Below, piece after piece: positions 48,486 through 57,920 of a stretch of DNA of 64,000 nt; within the stretch, counting starts at the first letter, position 1; every line of letters starts with the position of its first letter. Origin of the DNA: an uncultured delta proteobacterium (GTDB taxonomy: Bacteria > Bdellovibrionota > FAC87 > UBA2466); the NCBI GenBank assembly GCA_963778115.1, contig CAVZSV010000004.1, positions 672,001 to 736,000 of the forward strand, in the 5' to 3' direction. Position numbers and translations under genes: made by a program. The notes below the pieces were generated by a model. That model did no database searches and had not been told where the DNA came from. It saw only the letters and a program-made list of their open reading frames with translations.

Positions 48486-49181
48486 TTAGTTACTCGACAT
48501 CATTTCACTAGATGCCAAGATAGCCGAAATTTCCGCTTGTAAGGTTGACGTTACCGCTGCCGCCGTCGTCGGAAGCACTAGCTTCTTTGTCGTGGCATTA
48601 GTAAAAGTGGTTTGATAAAACGTGTCGATATCGGCAAGATCGGCTGCCGTTGCCGTCCGATGTAAGAAATAGCTGATTGCATTGGTGCCAACCGCTTCGG
48701 CTACTGATTGAGTGAAACTGGCAGGTGTTGCCGTGCTAAACGTCGAAGGAATTACTAGCCGGGCGGTACTCGCTCTAGCTAGGTCCACAGCCACAAAACC
48801 TGTAGCGAAATAACTCGCCATCTTTAGGCCGGTTGCGATCGCCGAATCCGTCACGGAGCCTGCTTCGGTAGTTTGGGGGAGTGAGAGGCTTGCTTGGGCG
48901 TAAAATCCGGCTGCGGTTGTCTTTACCCCGGCTACCGTAACCGCAGTCTGCGCGTCGGTAACACCGGTCGCCGCCTGAAGCGAGGTATAGTACTGGCTAA
49001 AATTCTTAATCGCAGTACTTCCGTTGACGGGGGTTCCTCCGCCACCGCTATTGTTATCATTATTGTTATTCGGATTATTAGTGCCGATGGCACTAATTTG
49101 ATTATCCGATTTCATGCTGCAAGCGCCGAAAGTCGTCGTGACCACTGCCAAGAACAGAATCATCAATCTTTGAAATCTCAT
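48486..49181 (-). CDS. Lipoprotein, middle gene of the exported operon
   Basis: Lipobox FGA-C, Asn/Gly linker, then IKNFSQYYTSLQAATGV...LSLP and a Thr/Ala-rich helical domain. Confidence 0.7.
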   Translation of the reverse strand: MRFQRLMILFLAVVTTTFGACSMKSDNQISAIGTNNPNNNNDNNSGGGGTPVNGSTAIKNFSQYYTSLQAATGVTDAQTAVTVAGVKTTAAGFYAQASLSLPQTTEAGSVTDSAIATGLKMASYFATGFVAVDLARASTARLVIPSTFSTATPASFTQSVAEAVGTNAISYFLHRTATAADLADIDTFYQTTFTNATTKKLVLPTTAAAVTSTLQAEISAILASSEMMSSN

Positions 49182-49217
49182 TACGTACTCCTAAAAAAAC
49201 GTACTCCAAAAAAACAA

Positions 49218-50498
49218 TTACCGTCCCAAACATTCAGGAAGCGTTGCCACCTGCCAAACCATGGGAGTGACTTGATCTTGTGCCGTGGTCCGCATGTAGT
49301 TGGCTAGTCCCACCACCGTCGGAATTTCCGAGGAAGGGACCGCTTCGCCACAAGCCATCTGCCAAATTCGGTTAATGATATTGATACGAAACTCGTCGGT
49401 AGCCGCAGCCGACTGACCGAGCTCATTGGCCCCAACACCAGAGGTGGCGCCCCAAGCGAAAGTGCCGTACGGGCTGTTCTTGTAGTTGATTACCCAGCTA
49501 TTAAGTTCAGGCGTATTTTTACTTTCGATAAAGCCCGGGCTTCCGACGTGAAGCTGTTCACGTTGGACAAGTTTTGCGACAATGACCTTTGAAGTGCTGG
49601 CCAATGTCGTTAGCTGCGAAGTATTCGTCGTGTTGTTAGTAGTGTAGTCCGTAAAGTTGAATGCTGCTGCCATGCCGTCGATTCCACCGTGGCAAGTGGC
49701 GCAGGTATTTGAAAAAGTAGCGGCGTCGGGGGCCAACGCATTGACGTCCTGGCGAATTCTCATCTCCGGAGCGGAACCCATCACTCCGAAGCTTGAATCA
49801 CGAATCGAATCCAGAGTGACACCTAAAAAGTTTTGCATCAGTATCTCGACAAACCGGCGATTCGTTCCCATGTTGGCCGCATCAAAGGCCGCTTGATAAA
49901 CCGTCATCACACCCATGGGGTCGGTAGCAAGCGGATTCAACGTGGTTTGAGGGACCGTGGTCATGTTCGACACGTAACTCATTTGTCCCGCGAGGTAAGC
50001 GGTTGTCGCTGCTTGCCAGTGGTTATTGTTCGTAGGGGCGGCGGTAGCTCCCGTTACTCCGCTGGGAAAAGTAAATTCCGCAACGTAAGTACCGTCTAAA
50101 GCATCGGTCCAAGGTTTGTTGTTCCAAGCGATGTACTGCAAAGTAGCAATGCAAGGATTTGAGGGTACGTTGGTGCTGTTGGCCAAAGTACACATCGGAG
50201 CAACTAAGTTAAAAAGAAAACTGTCTCCGTAGGTGGTGCTTGCCGTAGCCAATTGAGCGGCTCCGATAAAATCACCGTTTTGAATGTGAGTGGCCATGTT
50301 CGTGATAGTGGCTTGGGGAAGAAAGCCCCCTAAACGCGACGCCAACCGATTCGCTAATACGGTTGGACTGGTTTCGGCAAAGGCCGTATTGGCGGAGAGC
50401 ACCAGCACTAAAACGATCACATTGAACAATGCGATCTTCAGCAAGGTGGCTGTTTTTCTATCTACCTTCGACCGGCAATTTCTTAGTAACCGATTCAT
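49218..50498 (-). CDS. Exported protein with one CxxCH (c-type heme or metal) motif
   Basis: Signal peptide ending AFA, GTNRR, RIRQDV, CATCHGGID. Confidence 0.65.
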   Translation of the reverse strand: MNRLLRNCRSKVDRKTATLLKIALFNVIVLVLVLSANTAFAETSPTVLANRLASRLGGFLPQATITNMATHIQNGDFIGAAQLATASTTYGDSFLFNLVAPMCTLANSTNVPSNPCIATLQYIAWNNKPWTDALDGTYVAEFTFPSGVTGATAAPTNNNHWQAATTAYLAGQMSYVSNMTTVPQTTLNPLATDPMGVMTVYQAAFDAANMGTNRRFVEILMQNFLGVTLDSIRDSSFGVMGSAPEMRIRQDVNALAPDAATFSNTCATCHGGIDGMAAAFNFTDYTTNNTTNTSQLTTLASTSKVIVAKLVQREQLHVGSPGFIESKNTPELNSWVINYKNSPYGTFAWGATSGVGANELGQSAAATDEFRINIINRIWQMACGEAVPSSEIPTVVGLANYMRTTAQDQVTPMVWQVATLPECLGR

Positions 50499-50574
50499 TT
50501 ACCAACCTTCCATCTTGAATTGCTTTAATTGCGCGGAATTACTTAATTTAGGTGCGGCAACATGAGCTATACAA

Positions 50575-50590
50575 AGCATCTAGTGTGCCA
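50575..50590 (-). promoter_or_regulatory. Putative sigma54 (RpoN) -24/-12 promoter of the 50498-46924 operon
   Basis: The minus strand reads TGGCACACTAGATGCT (GG-N10-GC), about 77 nt upstream of the ATG, with a long non-coding region further upstream. Confidence 0.6.
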
Positions 50591-51066
50591 GGAAAAACCA
50601 AGCAGAATACACCCGGGGCACGTGCCGAAAATTGTTACTCTTTCCCCGAAAGTGTCTAAGAATTGACCACATGCGGACGAAGCTAACAGGTGCCCAAATA
50701 CTGGACGGGATTTTGGAAGAAAAAGGAAAACGGGTGATGTCTCAGGTACTTAAACTCACTACTCTTTGAACACAGAGGCCTAAACTTTGACCAGTGAAGC
50801 TAAGCAACGGAATGGCCTATCTATTTTGTAGCGAACCGTCGGTACTATAGACAGTAACTGCATGGAAATATCTTCCCTCGAGCTTAAATAGCGAAGGCCG
50901 GTGTCAAAAAAGCTCAGAGCGAGAGTCGCGTAAAGCTTGAAAGTTCGTGGAAGCGCCCTCTTAAAAATTTAAAAAGTGTCCACACATTTTCCACGTATGG
51001 GCGCTAATTTGAAGATGGGTAGAGACGAACTCTCAAAGATCGAGAGCCACAAACAGGAGGTATCCT

Positions 51067-51474
51067 ATGTTACGCCGATTCCTTTTACCTTTCTTTATTT
51101 CATTAACTCTGGGTGGAGTTTCCGCTTTGGCGGAACTTTCTCCGGCCCCCCAAGTCAATAACGCGTGCACTCCGGTAGTGAGTGCCTGTGTCAGCGCCGG
51201 TTTCATAGAACCGACAAAGCCCGCCAAAGGTTCGGGACGAGAAGCTTTCAAAGCCTACTTTCAGCAGAAGAAGATGCTGCGCGAAGAGGGAAAGAGTGCT
51301 CGGGCGAATTGTTTGCGTCCCATTTTAAAAGGAGAGGCTGTCTCGGGTGTTACCGTCGACGCTTCTTGGAATTTGGCGGCTTGTAAGAATGAAATTCGCG
51401 CCAAACGTGAAGCTCGCCGCGCTCGCCGCGAAGCTCGTCGCGCGAAGGACCAGCAGGAGAGCCAATCAAACTAG
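51067..51474 (+). CDS. Small secreted four-cysteine protein with basic C-terminal helix
   Basis: Strong RBS aggagg, signal peptide, C...C..AGF...C..PI..G..V.GVTVD...AC, RRARREARR tail. Confidence 0.7.
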   Translation: MLRRFLLPFFISLTLGGVSALAELSPAPQVNNACTPVVSACVSAGFIEPTKPAKGSGREAFKAYFQQKKMLREEGKSARANCLRPILKGEAVSGVTVDASWNLAACKNEIRAKREARRARREARRAKDQQESQSN

Positions 51475-51483
51475 CGTGGTGTC

Positions 51484-51510
51484 GAGGTGCCTATGGTACG
51501 TAGGCACCTC
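51484..51510. terminator. Hairpin between convergent genes
   Basis: gaggtgccta-tggtacg-taggcacctc. Confidence 0.55.
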
Positions 51511-51520
51511 ACCCCCTATG

Positions 51521-52381
51521 TTAGGGAATCGTAATCAACTTGACGTGGCGGCGCACGAACTCATTAAGAAGCTGTTCACGACAACCCGCTTTTACCAATT
51601 CCTTAAAGCGCCCATTCACTTCAGCATCAGGCTCCAACAAGAAGGCCGCTACTTCATTAGCAACAAAATCGGGATCGTCGATGTCGTATTTCAACGCTGT
51701 CAAAATAGCTAACGCTTTAGCCAGCTGAACCGGATTCTTATTCAAGACTTCACGGTAATAGTAGTGAACCACGTCCCTCACTGCCTGGCTCAAGAAGTAT
51801 TGAGCATGAACAAGTTCGTGTCCCACCGTACTTCGATAGTTATTGGGATTTTGAATACTAAATCCGATCACGACAAAGGGAGTGGCCCTTCCGAAGAGGG
51901 GATTTAGCGCCTCTTTTAGTTGCAACTCATAGGGATTTAAATCGGTAGCGTGGCGAAAGAACGCTGCTAGATCATGCGACTGAATATCATGCCCTTTGCC
52001 CAGAACCACTTGCTGTCGGTACTTCAGATCGCCTAGCCTTGCTACTTCTCCCTTTTTATATCCAGCCCCGCCCTCGGCAAACCAAGACGCTCGCATGAAA
52101 GTATAGTTCATTGTGATCTGTTCGTAGCTTCCACAAAGCACAACGCCCGGAAGATCACTAAACTCAATGCATTCGGTGTAACCAAACCCCTGAGTGGGAT
52201 CCACTTCCGCTCGAAGCGCTGCTTCTCGAGTATTCTTTATATTTTCTCGAAAATTGCCGACCTCACTGACTTCAATGGTGTGAGGAAGAAGGAGAGTCTG
52301 GGCGTGGACGCAAGTACTAATCACCGAGGATAAGAAAGCCGCCCCTAACCACCACCCATAATTACCGCTAAAAACCCGCAT
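51521..52381 (-). CDS. Secreted protein with zincin (HExxH) motif
   Basis: Signal peptide; VGHELVHAQY with a downstream ANEVAAF. Confidence 0.6.
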   Translation of the reverse strand: MRVFSGNYGWWLGAAFLSSVISTCVHAQTLLLPHTIEVSEVGNFRENIKNTREAALRAEVDPTQGFGYTECIEFSDLPGVVLCGSYEQITMNYTFMRASWFAEGGAGYKKGEVARLGDLKYRQQVVLGKGHDIQSHDLAAFFRHATDLNPYELQLKEALNPLFGRATPFVVIGFSIQNPNNYRSTVGHELVHAQYFLSQAVRDVVHYYYREVLNKNPVQLAKALAILTALKYDIDDPDFVANEVAAFLLEPDAEVNGRFKELVKAGCREQLLNEFVRRHVKLITIP

Positions 52382-52494
52382 TTGCGCTCCTAAATTGAAG
52401 AGCGCTTTCTTAACATTTTTCGGGAAGCAAGATCAATCCCTAATGACTTTAATCTGTTAATCTTGACAAAGATCTCACCGGCGAACTTAAAACC

Positions 52495-53595
52495 TTACTC
52501 ACTTATCAGATGTAATTCCGAAGCCACAAACGAGACATGCACCTGCCCTCCTGGTAGGACGGCTTTCTCGGATTGCCCCGCTTCCATCCGGCTGATTAAA
52601 GGAATCTCCCAGCCACTAACCTTAACTAAATACTCGTGAAAAAGACCCAAGTACCTGTAACCTACGACGGTACCCAAAAGAGTTCTCACTTGGGTGGAAT
52701 GACCTTTTTCCGTATAGACTCTAACGTGTTCGGGCCTAGCCACTACGGTGATAGAGCCACTCTTTGCTTTTTCCGCCATTTGAAAGGGAATACTTACTTC
52801 AACCGAATTCAAATTTACCAGGGTACTTCCCTCCCCCTCTCTCTCAATCTTCGCAGAGAGGAAATTTTGGCAGCCCATAAAATCGGCGACGAAACGAGTC
52901 GCCGGTCGCAAGTATACCGTCTGAGCCTTGGCGACTTGCTCGATCCGCCCCTTATTCATCACTACCACGCGATCAGAGAGTGCCATCGCCTCTGACTGAT
53001 CGTGCGTGACATAGACTGCGGTAATTCCCAACTTTTGTTGGATGCGCCTTATTTCATCTCTCATCGACTCGCGCAGTTTCGCATCGAGATTCGAAAGCGG
53101 TTCGTCAAAGAGTAAAAGAGAAGGTTGGATAATCAGAGCTCTTGCTAGAGCCACGCGTTGTTGCTGGCCACCGGAGAGTTCGTGAGGATTTCGCGTTTGG
53201 TAATCGCCAAGACCAACCACTTCCAATATCGATTTAAGTCGGCTCTCGGTCTCTTCTTTGCTCACTTTTCTAAACTTTAACCCGTAAACAATATTTTCCC
53301 TCACCGTCATATGAGGAAACAGCGCATAGCTTTGAAACACCATCGCCGAATTTCTGCGGTTAGCGGGTTCTTCGGTAATATCCTTTCCGTCTATAATGAT
53401 TTTTCCAGATGAAGGCTGTTCAAATCCCGCAAGCATACGAAGTACAGTCGTCTTGCCGCAACCCGAAGGGCCTAGCAAAGTAACTAGCTCCCCTTTTTCG
53501 ATTTCTAAAGAAAAGCGGTCCACCGCCGTGGTCTCACGTCCACGATGCGAGTCATAGAATACCTTGCGAAGTTCTGATGCGGTCACGGCACTCAT
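52495..53595 (-). CDS. ABC transporter ATP-binding protein (FbpC/PotA type)
   Basis: GPSGCGKT, VFQSYALFPH, LSGGQQQR, LLFDEPLSNLD, VTHDQ and a TOBE-like tail. Confidence 0.93.
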   Translation of the reverse strand: MSAVTASELRKVFYDSHRGRETTAVDRFSLEIEKGELVTLLGPSGCGKTTVLRMLAGFEQPSSGKIIIDGKDITEEPANRRNSAMVFQSYALFPHMTVRENIVYGLKFRKVSKEETESRLKSILEVVGLGDYQTRNPHELSGGQQQRVALARALIIQPSLLLFDEPLSNLDAKLRESMRDEIRRIQQKLGITAVYVTHDQSEAMALSDRVVVMNKGRIEQVAKAQTVYLRPATRFVADFMGCQNFLSAKIEREGEGSTLVNLNSVEVSIPFQMAEKAKSGSITVVARPEHVRVYTEKGHSTQVRTLLGTVVGYRYLGLFHEYLVKVSGWEIPLISRMEAGQSEKAVLPGGQVHVSFVASELHLISE

Positions 53596-55253
53596 GCGGT
53601 GGCTCCTCTAATTCCACGGGAATCGGTCCCAATCCATTTTCGTAAGCACCAAAAAGCCGTGAGCACTATTAAGATCAAGATAAGACAAAGTACGGAAGCG
53701 GCACTAAATCGAAAAATCTCAGTCTGCGCCAGAATCAAAACAGTCATGTGGTTCCATCGGGCAGACACCATAAAAATGACAGCACTCACCGCCGTCATGC
53801 AATGGACAAAGACATAAGCCATGCCCGCAAAACAGGCAGGACGAATAAGAGGAAGGGTTATGTCGCGAAAAACGGTAGCCGTTCCGGCTCCCAAATCGGT
53901 GGCTGCCTCTTCGAGCGACCGGTCGATCTGAGCGAGGCTAACTTTAGCGGCTTCAATACCCACCGGCATGTTTCTAAAAACAAAACACAACACAATGATA
54001 GTCGCGGTTCCCGTTAGATAGAAGGGTTCACGGTTAAACGCCAGGACATAACCAATTCCAACCGCAGTTCCAGGCAGAGCAAAGGGGATCATCGCAAGCA
54101 CGTCTAGGATCCTTCGACCGAAAAAGCGTTTTCGCACGACTAAATAGGCGATGACCAAAGCAAGAATTCCCGCAATTGGCGTTGCTATTGCGGAGAGAAA
54201 AACAGTATCAAAAATCGCTTGCTTCCCGATATCAAAGACGTAGGAAAAATTATCTAACGTAAAGGAATAATCGATTCCCCATCTTTTGGTGAAACAACCC
54301 GCAAGCACAGTCCCATAAAGAACGACAACGAACAGAGAAACCATGGCCGCCACCGCCAGCAATAGGTAACGTGCCCACGGAGCAATAATATCTCGTGCCC
54401 CTCTCTGGGGTTTACCAGTCACGGTAACAACTACTTTCCGACTGAAATAGTACTTTTGAAAGACGTAAGCCGCGATGGAGGGGATAAGCAGCAAGTTTGA
54501 TATCGCGGCACCAAGGGCTAAGTTTCCCATTCCCGTAAATTGCAAATACGCTTGAACCGAAAGCACTTCAAATCTACCCGCTAAGATCATGGGATTGGCG
54601 AAATCGGCCAGCGAGGTCACAAATACCAGTAACCAGGCGGAAATAATTCCCGGAAGTGCCAGCGGCAAAGTGACATCCCTAAAAACGCGGTAGCGACTCG
54701 CCCCTAGATCGAGAGCGGCATCCTCAGTCGTTGAATCGAGTCCCTGAAGAACCCCATCCAAGGTTAAATACGCAATTGGGAAAAAGCTTAGCGTTTGAAC
54801 GAGAATAAGACCCTTAAGACCATAAATCGAAAAGTCTTCGAACCCGAGCCAATGGTGAGTAATGATTCCATTTTTGCCGAGCAGCAAAATAATGGCTAGG
54901 GTCAGCATGAAAGGGGGCGCTATCAATGGCAATGTCGCCACTAACTTCAGGAACCGCTTGAAGGGGGTGATGGTTCGGGTGAGTAAGTAGGCAAAGAGAA
55001 AGCCCAGCACCACTGAAGTCGAGGCGGAAGCCACTCCCAATAAGAGAGAATTGCCGATCGCTCGACGAAGCCACGCCTTTTGCAAAGCGTAGCGATACGA
55101 TTCCAAGGAAAAAACTCCATTTTTCGTCAACGAGAGATCAATCGCCATTCCAATCGGATAGACAATAAAGACCGCAATCAGCGCGAAACACACGACGGCT
55201 GCCACGGTAACCAGAGGATCTCTTCGAACGTAACGAATGAACTTATTTGTCAT
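53592..55253 (-). CDS. Fe3+-type ABC transporter permease (FbpB-like, two BPD domains)
   Basis: Two EAA loops (EDAALDLGA and EEAATDLGA), SLADFANP. Confidence 0.88.
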   Translation of the reverse strand: MTNKFIRYVRRDPLVTVAAVVCFALIAVFIVYPIGMAIDLSLTKNGVFSLESYRYALQKAWLRRAIGNSLLLGVASASTSVVLGFLFAYLLTRTITPFKRFLKLVATLPLIAPPFMLTLAIILLLGKNGIITHHWLGFEDFSIYGLKGLILVQTLSFFPIAYLTLDGVLQGLDSTTEDAALDLGASRYRVFRDVTLPLALPGIISAWLLVFVTSLADFANPMILAGRFEVLSVQAYLQFTGMGNLALGAAISNLLLIPSIAAYVFQKYYFSRKVVVTVTGKPQRGARDIIAPWARYLLLAVAAMVSLFVVVLYGTVLAGCFTKRWGIDYSFTLDNFSYVFDIGKQAIFDTVFLSAIATPIAGILALVIAYLVVRKRFFGRRILDVLAMIPFALPGTAVGIGYVLAFNREPFYLTGTATIIVLCFVFRNMPVGIEAAKVSLAQIDRSLEEAATDLGAGTATVFRDITLPLIRPACFAGMAYVFVHCMTAVSAVIFMVSARWNHMTVLILAQTEIFRFSAASVLCLILILIVLTAFWCLRKWIGTDSRGIRGATA

Positions 55254-55355
55254 TTTTATTTCGTTTCAAGCCGCCACAACCTATTCAAAATGACGTATCG
55301 TGTCTAGAGAGGATTAAGTAAGAATAAACGACAATATTGTTAAAGGCTTAGAGGG

Positions 55356-55952
55356 CTATTCTCCGGAAGGGTCGAGGAAATGGTCCAAGAAATCTCGATT
55401 GGAAGGAAATAGATTCTGGGGAAGAGCATCCTTAGAGAACCATTCCAGGCGAGTCATCTTATGCGGCTCCATGATGCGAGGCTCGCCCTCAAAGCTTAGG
55501 GCTTCGAGAAAGAATACGCGGTACCATTGCCGGTTTTCAGGACGATAATCAAAAAGCGTGTGTCGGTAGCGAAGCGTTCCCAAGTGAATTCCGATTTCCT
55601 CTCGGGTCTCTCTGACAACCGCTTCAAGAATACTTTCCCCAGGATCTACCTTACCTCCCACAAATCCCCACGTCCCCTCCCCCGTCCCTCCGGTACGAAG
55701 GCCCATGAGTAATCTTCCCTCTCGTCGCAAAACCACAACCGCCGCATCCACGATGCGGGATAGGGGAGGAACTTCGACGCCTAAAGATTCCGGAAGTGAA
55801 AGATCGGGATGCGACAAAAAAGCGGATCGGGAAACCAGACTCAGACAGGAAGTACGATTCGACGCAAGCGAAGTGGCGGCAAGAAATATAAGACTAAGGG
55901 ACGCTAATCGAAGATATAGTTGTGATCGTAAGTATTGTCCCGAATTCCCCAA
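55356..55952 (-). CDS. NUDIX hydrolase with hydrophobic N-terminal extension
   Basis: Nudix box GGKVDPGESILEAVVRETREEIG, followed by EPHK....WF. Confidence 0.88.
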   Translation of the reverse strand: MGNSGQYLRSQLYLRLASLSLIFLAATSLASNRTSCLSLVSRSAFLSHPDLSLPESLGVEVPPLSRIVDAAVVVLRREGRLLMGLRTGGTGEGTWGFVGGKVDPGESILEAVVRETREEIGIHLGTLRYRHTLFDYRPENRQWYRVFFLEALSFEGEPRIMEPHKMTRLEWFSKDALPQNLFPSNRDFLDHFLDPSGE

Positions 55953-56011
55953 ACCCCGTGCCCCCGTTTGTTTTTAACTATGTAGCAATTGAGACAGGAG
56001 CCGGCAAGCGA

Positions 56012-56920
56012 CTATCTAACTTTTTCGAAGCGTTCGATGTACTGACACCGCTGACAGAGGGGTTCGATTAGCTTTTGATCCCTAAAACCTTGTAGGACGC
56101 TTTGTGCGCGCGGACCTCCAAGAATATCTCCCAACGGAAACTCTTTAAGATTCCCTAGCGGAATGCCGGCCTCTTTGTCCAAACAACAAGGAACCACCGT
56201 GCCATCCACGAGGATTCCAAAATGGGCCGAGAGTCCATGACAAGTCCCTTCAGTTCCTAACACCGGGAGATCCAAAGCGGGCCAGATAAACTCGGTATCG
56301 AAATGCAACGAGAGACGGTTTTTTACGGGATAACTCTTCTTAACTCGGGTATCGACGGTACCACCAAACTTGAAACTAAATCTTTCTTCGATACGCCTTA
56401 GCATGTCGCGATTATCGGCCATTCTATCTGGAACTCGCCCCGCCGGATCATTTAAGTTCCAAAGCCGATAGTTGATAAAAAGATAGGGCCTTCTTTCAAA
56501 AGCCATTTCGGTAAAGTGAAAAATCTTTTCGAGATAAGAGGTCGAATCTTTGGATCCGAAGTTGTCGGCGAAACTGTGCAAGGAAAAGTTAATCTGGCGA
56601 AAGGCGGGGTGCAAAAGGATCTCCGCTTCCTTTTCTCGTAAAAGAACCCCATTCGTAACGAAGAAGATTTTAAGGCCGTATTCGTCGCAGATTTCTACTA
56701 AGCGCTTAAGCTCCGGATGAAGTAGCGGATCCCCCATCAGATGAAGACAAACCAATTTCGTAACGGGAGCAACCTGCTCAATAATCCGCTCGAAAAGAGG
56801 GACTTCCATCATCTTCTTGGTGCGTACGACCTCGGGACAGAAGCTACACTGCAAATTACAAATATTAGTGATTTCGATGTTAACTTTGCGAAACGATCTC
56901 GGCACGGTTCTAGAGGACAC
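56012..56920 (-). CDS. Radical SAM protein with SPASM/twitch domain
   Basis: CNLQCSFC, GDPLLHP, TNG, C...GTVVPCCLD...CQRC. Confidence 0.9.
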   Translation of the reverse strand: MSSRTVPRSFRKVNIEITNICNLQCSFCPEVVRTKKMMEVPLFERIIEQVAPVTKLVCLHLMGDPLLHPELKRLVEICDEYGLKIFFVTNGVLLREKEAEILLHPAFRQINFSLHSFADNFGSKDSTSYLEKIFHFTEMAFERRPYLFINYRLWNLNDPAGRVPDRMADNRDMLRRIEERFSFKFGGTVDTRVKKSYPVKNRLSLHFDTEFIWPALDLPVLGTEGTCHGLSAHFGILVDGTVVPCCLDKEAGIPLGNLKEFPLGDILGGPRAQSVLQGFRDQKLIEPLCQRCQYIERFEKVR

Positions 56921-57014
56921 CGATAGTGACCTGCAGTCAAATAGACCTTTGGGTGGGGCTTATGGGCGTCGTATCAAATGACAGAATTTACAACATGTCT
57001 GCAGCCAAAACGGC

Positions 57015-57070
57015 TGTCATTGCGAGCAGAGATTGCCGCGGCTTCGCCTCGCAACACGCTCCGCAATCCC
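57015..57070. repeat. Degenerate REP/RPE-like palindromic element
   Basis: TGTCATTGCGAGC...GAGATTGCCGCGGCTTCGCCTCGCAAC...GCAATCC resembles the GTCATTGCGAG...GAGATTGC...CTCGCAATGAC intergenic repeat type. Confidence 0.5.
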
Positions 57071-57138
57071 AAAGCAGAAGGATGCCCTTGGTGAACATAA
57101 AAGCCCCTTCCATGAAGATCTTTCGCGAAGCGAAAGGT

Positions 57139-57879
57139 CTAAAGCGCAGCTTGGATAGCCGTACTTATCTGGCTCCATACGTTGGGATCGACGTCGATCT
57201 CATCGTGAGGCATATGGTACTGCATATGCTTATTAGTACTAGCTTCCGGTATGGCCGAGGAGCTAAGCCAAGTACCCTCGTCCTCATAGAAGTTCGTCCA
57301 CTGAACGGCTTGCTTCTTAATGGTAGCGTTGTCTAGATCCGTTGGAGCTTCATGACAGGCATCGGATCCAAAAATAACTCCTCCCGCGTCACACTGGGGA
57401 CTGATCGGATCGATGGTGAACAGACCGTCGAGGGCATGAGACAATTTCATGTTCTGTCCCAAGTACATCGCTGACCATCCTCCATACGAGTGGCCAATCA
57501 CAAACGTAGGCAAACTGTTATGGGTTCCCGCAATCCGCTCGACTTGAGTTTGTATTTCGTCAATCGTTCCTGAAGTCGCCACGGAAGCATTTTCAGAAGT
57601 AATGTATTGCGCGTTTCCATCTGGCGGAGCGTCAAGATTGAAGCAACTCACCACATAATGAAAATTCCGAGAAGGATACTTAGTCTGCAAATCCTTCAGC
57701 ATGGAACTAAAGTAAGGATACATGGCTTGACTAGAGGGAGCGGGATCTGACGATCCGCAGGAATCATATCCTCCCAAGAGCACCACTAGGACATCGGAAG
57801 TAGGTGCCGCCATTACCTTTACCGATTGAAACATCGCTAAAATAATCAGAACTAAGATGGTTTTATTCATACCCCGCAT
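57139..57879 (-). CDS. Secreted alpha/beta hydrolase
   Basis: Signal peptide, GHSYGG nucleophile elbow, FTIDP, late His (PHDEID). Confidence 0.8.
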   Translation of the reverse strand: MRGMNKTILVLIILAMFQSVKVMAAPTSDVLVVLLGGYDSCGSSDPAPSSQAMYPYFSSMLKDLQTKYPSRNFHYVVSCFNLDAPPDGNAQYITSENASVATSGTIDEIQTQVERIAGTHNSLPTFVIGHSYGGWSAMYLGQNMKLSHALDGLFTIDPISPQCDAGGVIFGSDACHEAPTDLDNATIKKQAVQWTNFYEDEGTWLSSSAIPEASTNKHMQYHMPHDEIDVDPNVWSQISTAIQAAL

Positions 57880-57920
57880 TTTTAAGGTAACCCTGAGCTA
57901 TGCCAAGGGACAGAGCGCTA

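Noticed and set aside
56012..56920. Radical SAM/SPASM protein as a RiPP maturase
   Set aside because: No precursor peptide, RRE domain or dedicated exporter is adjacent.
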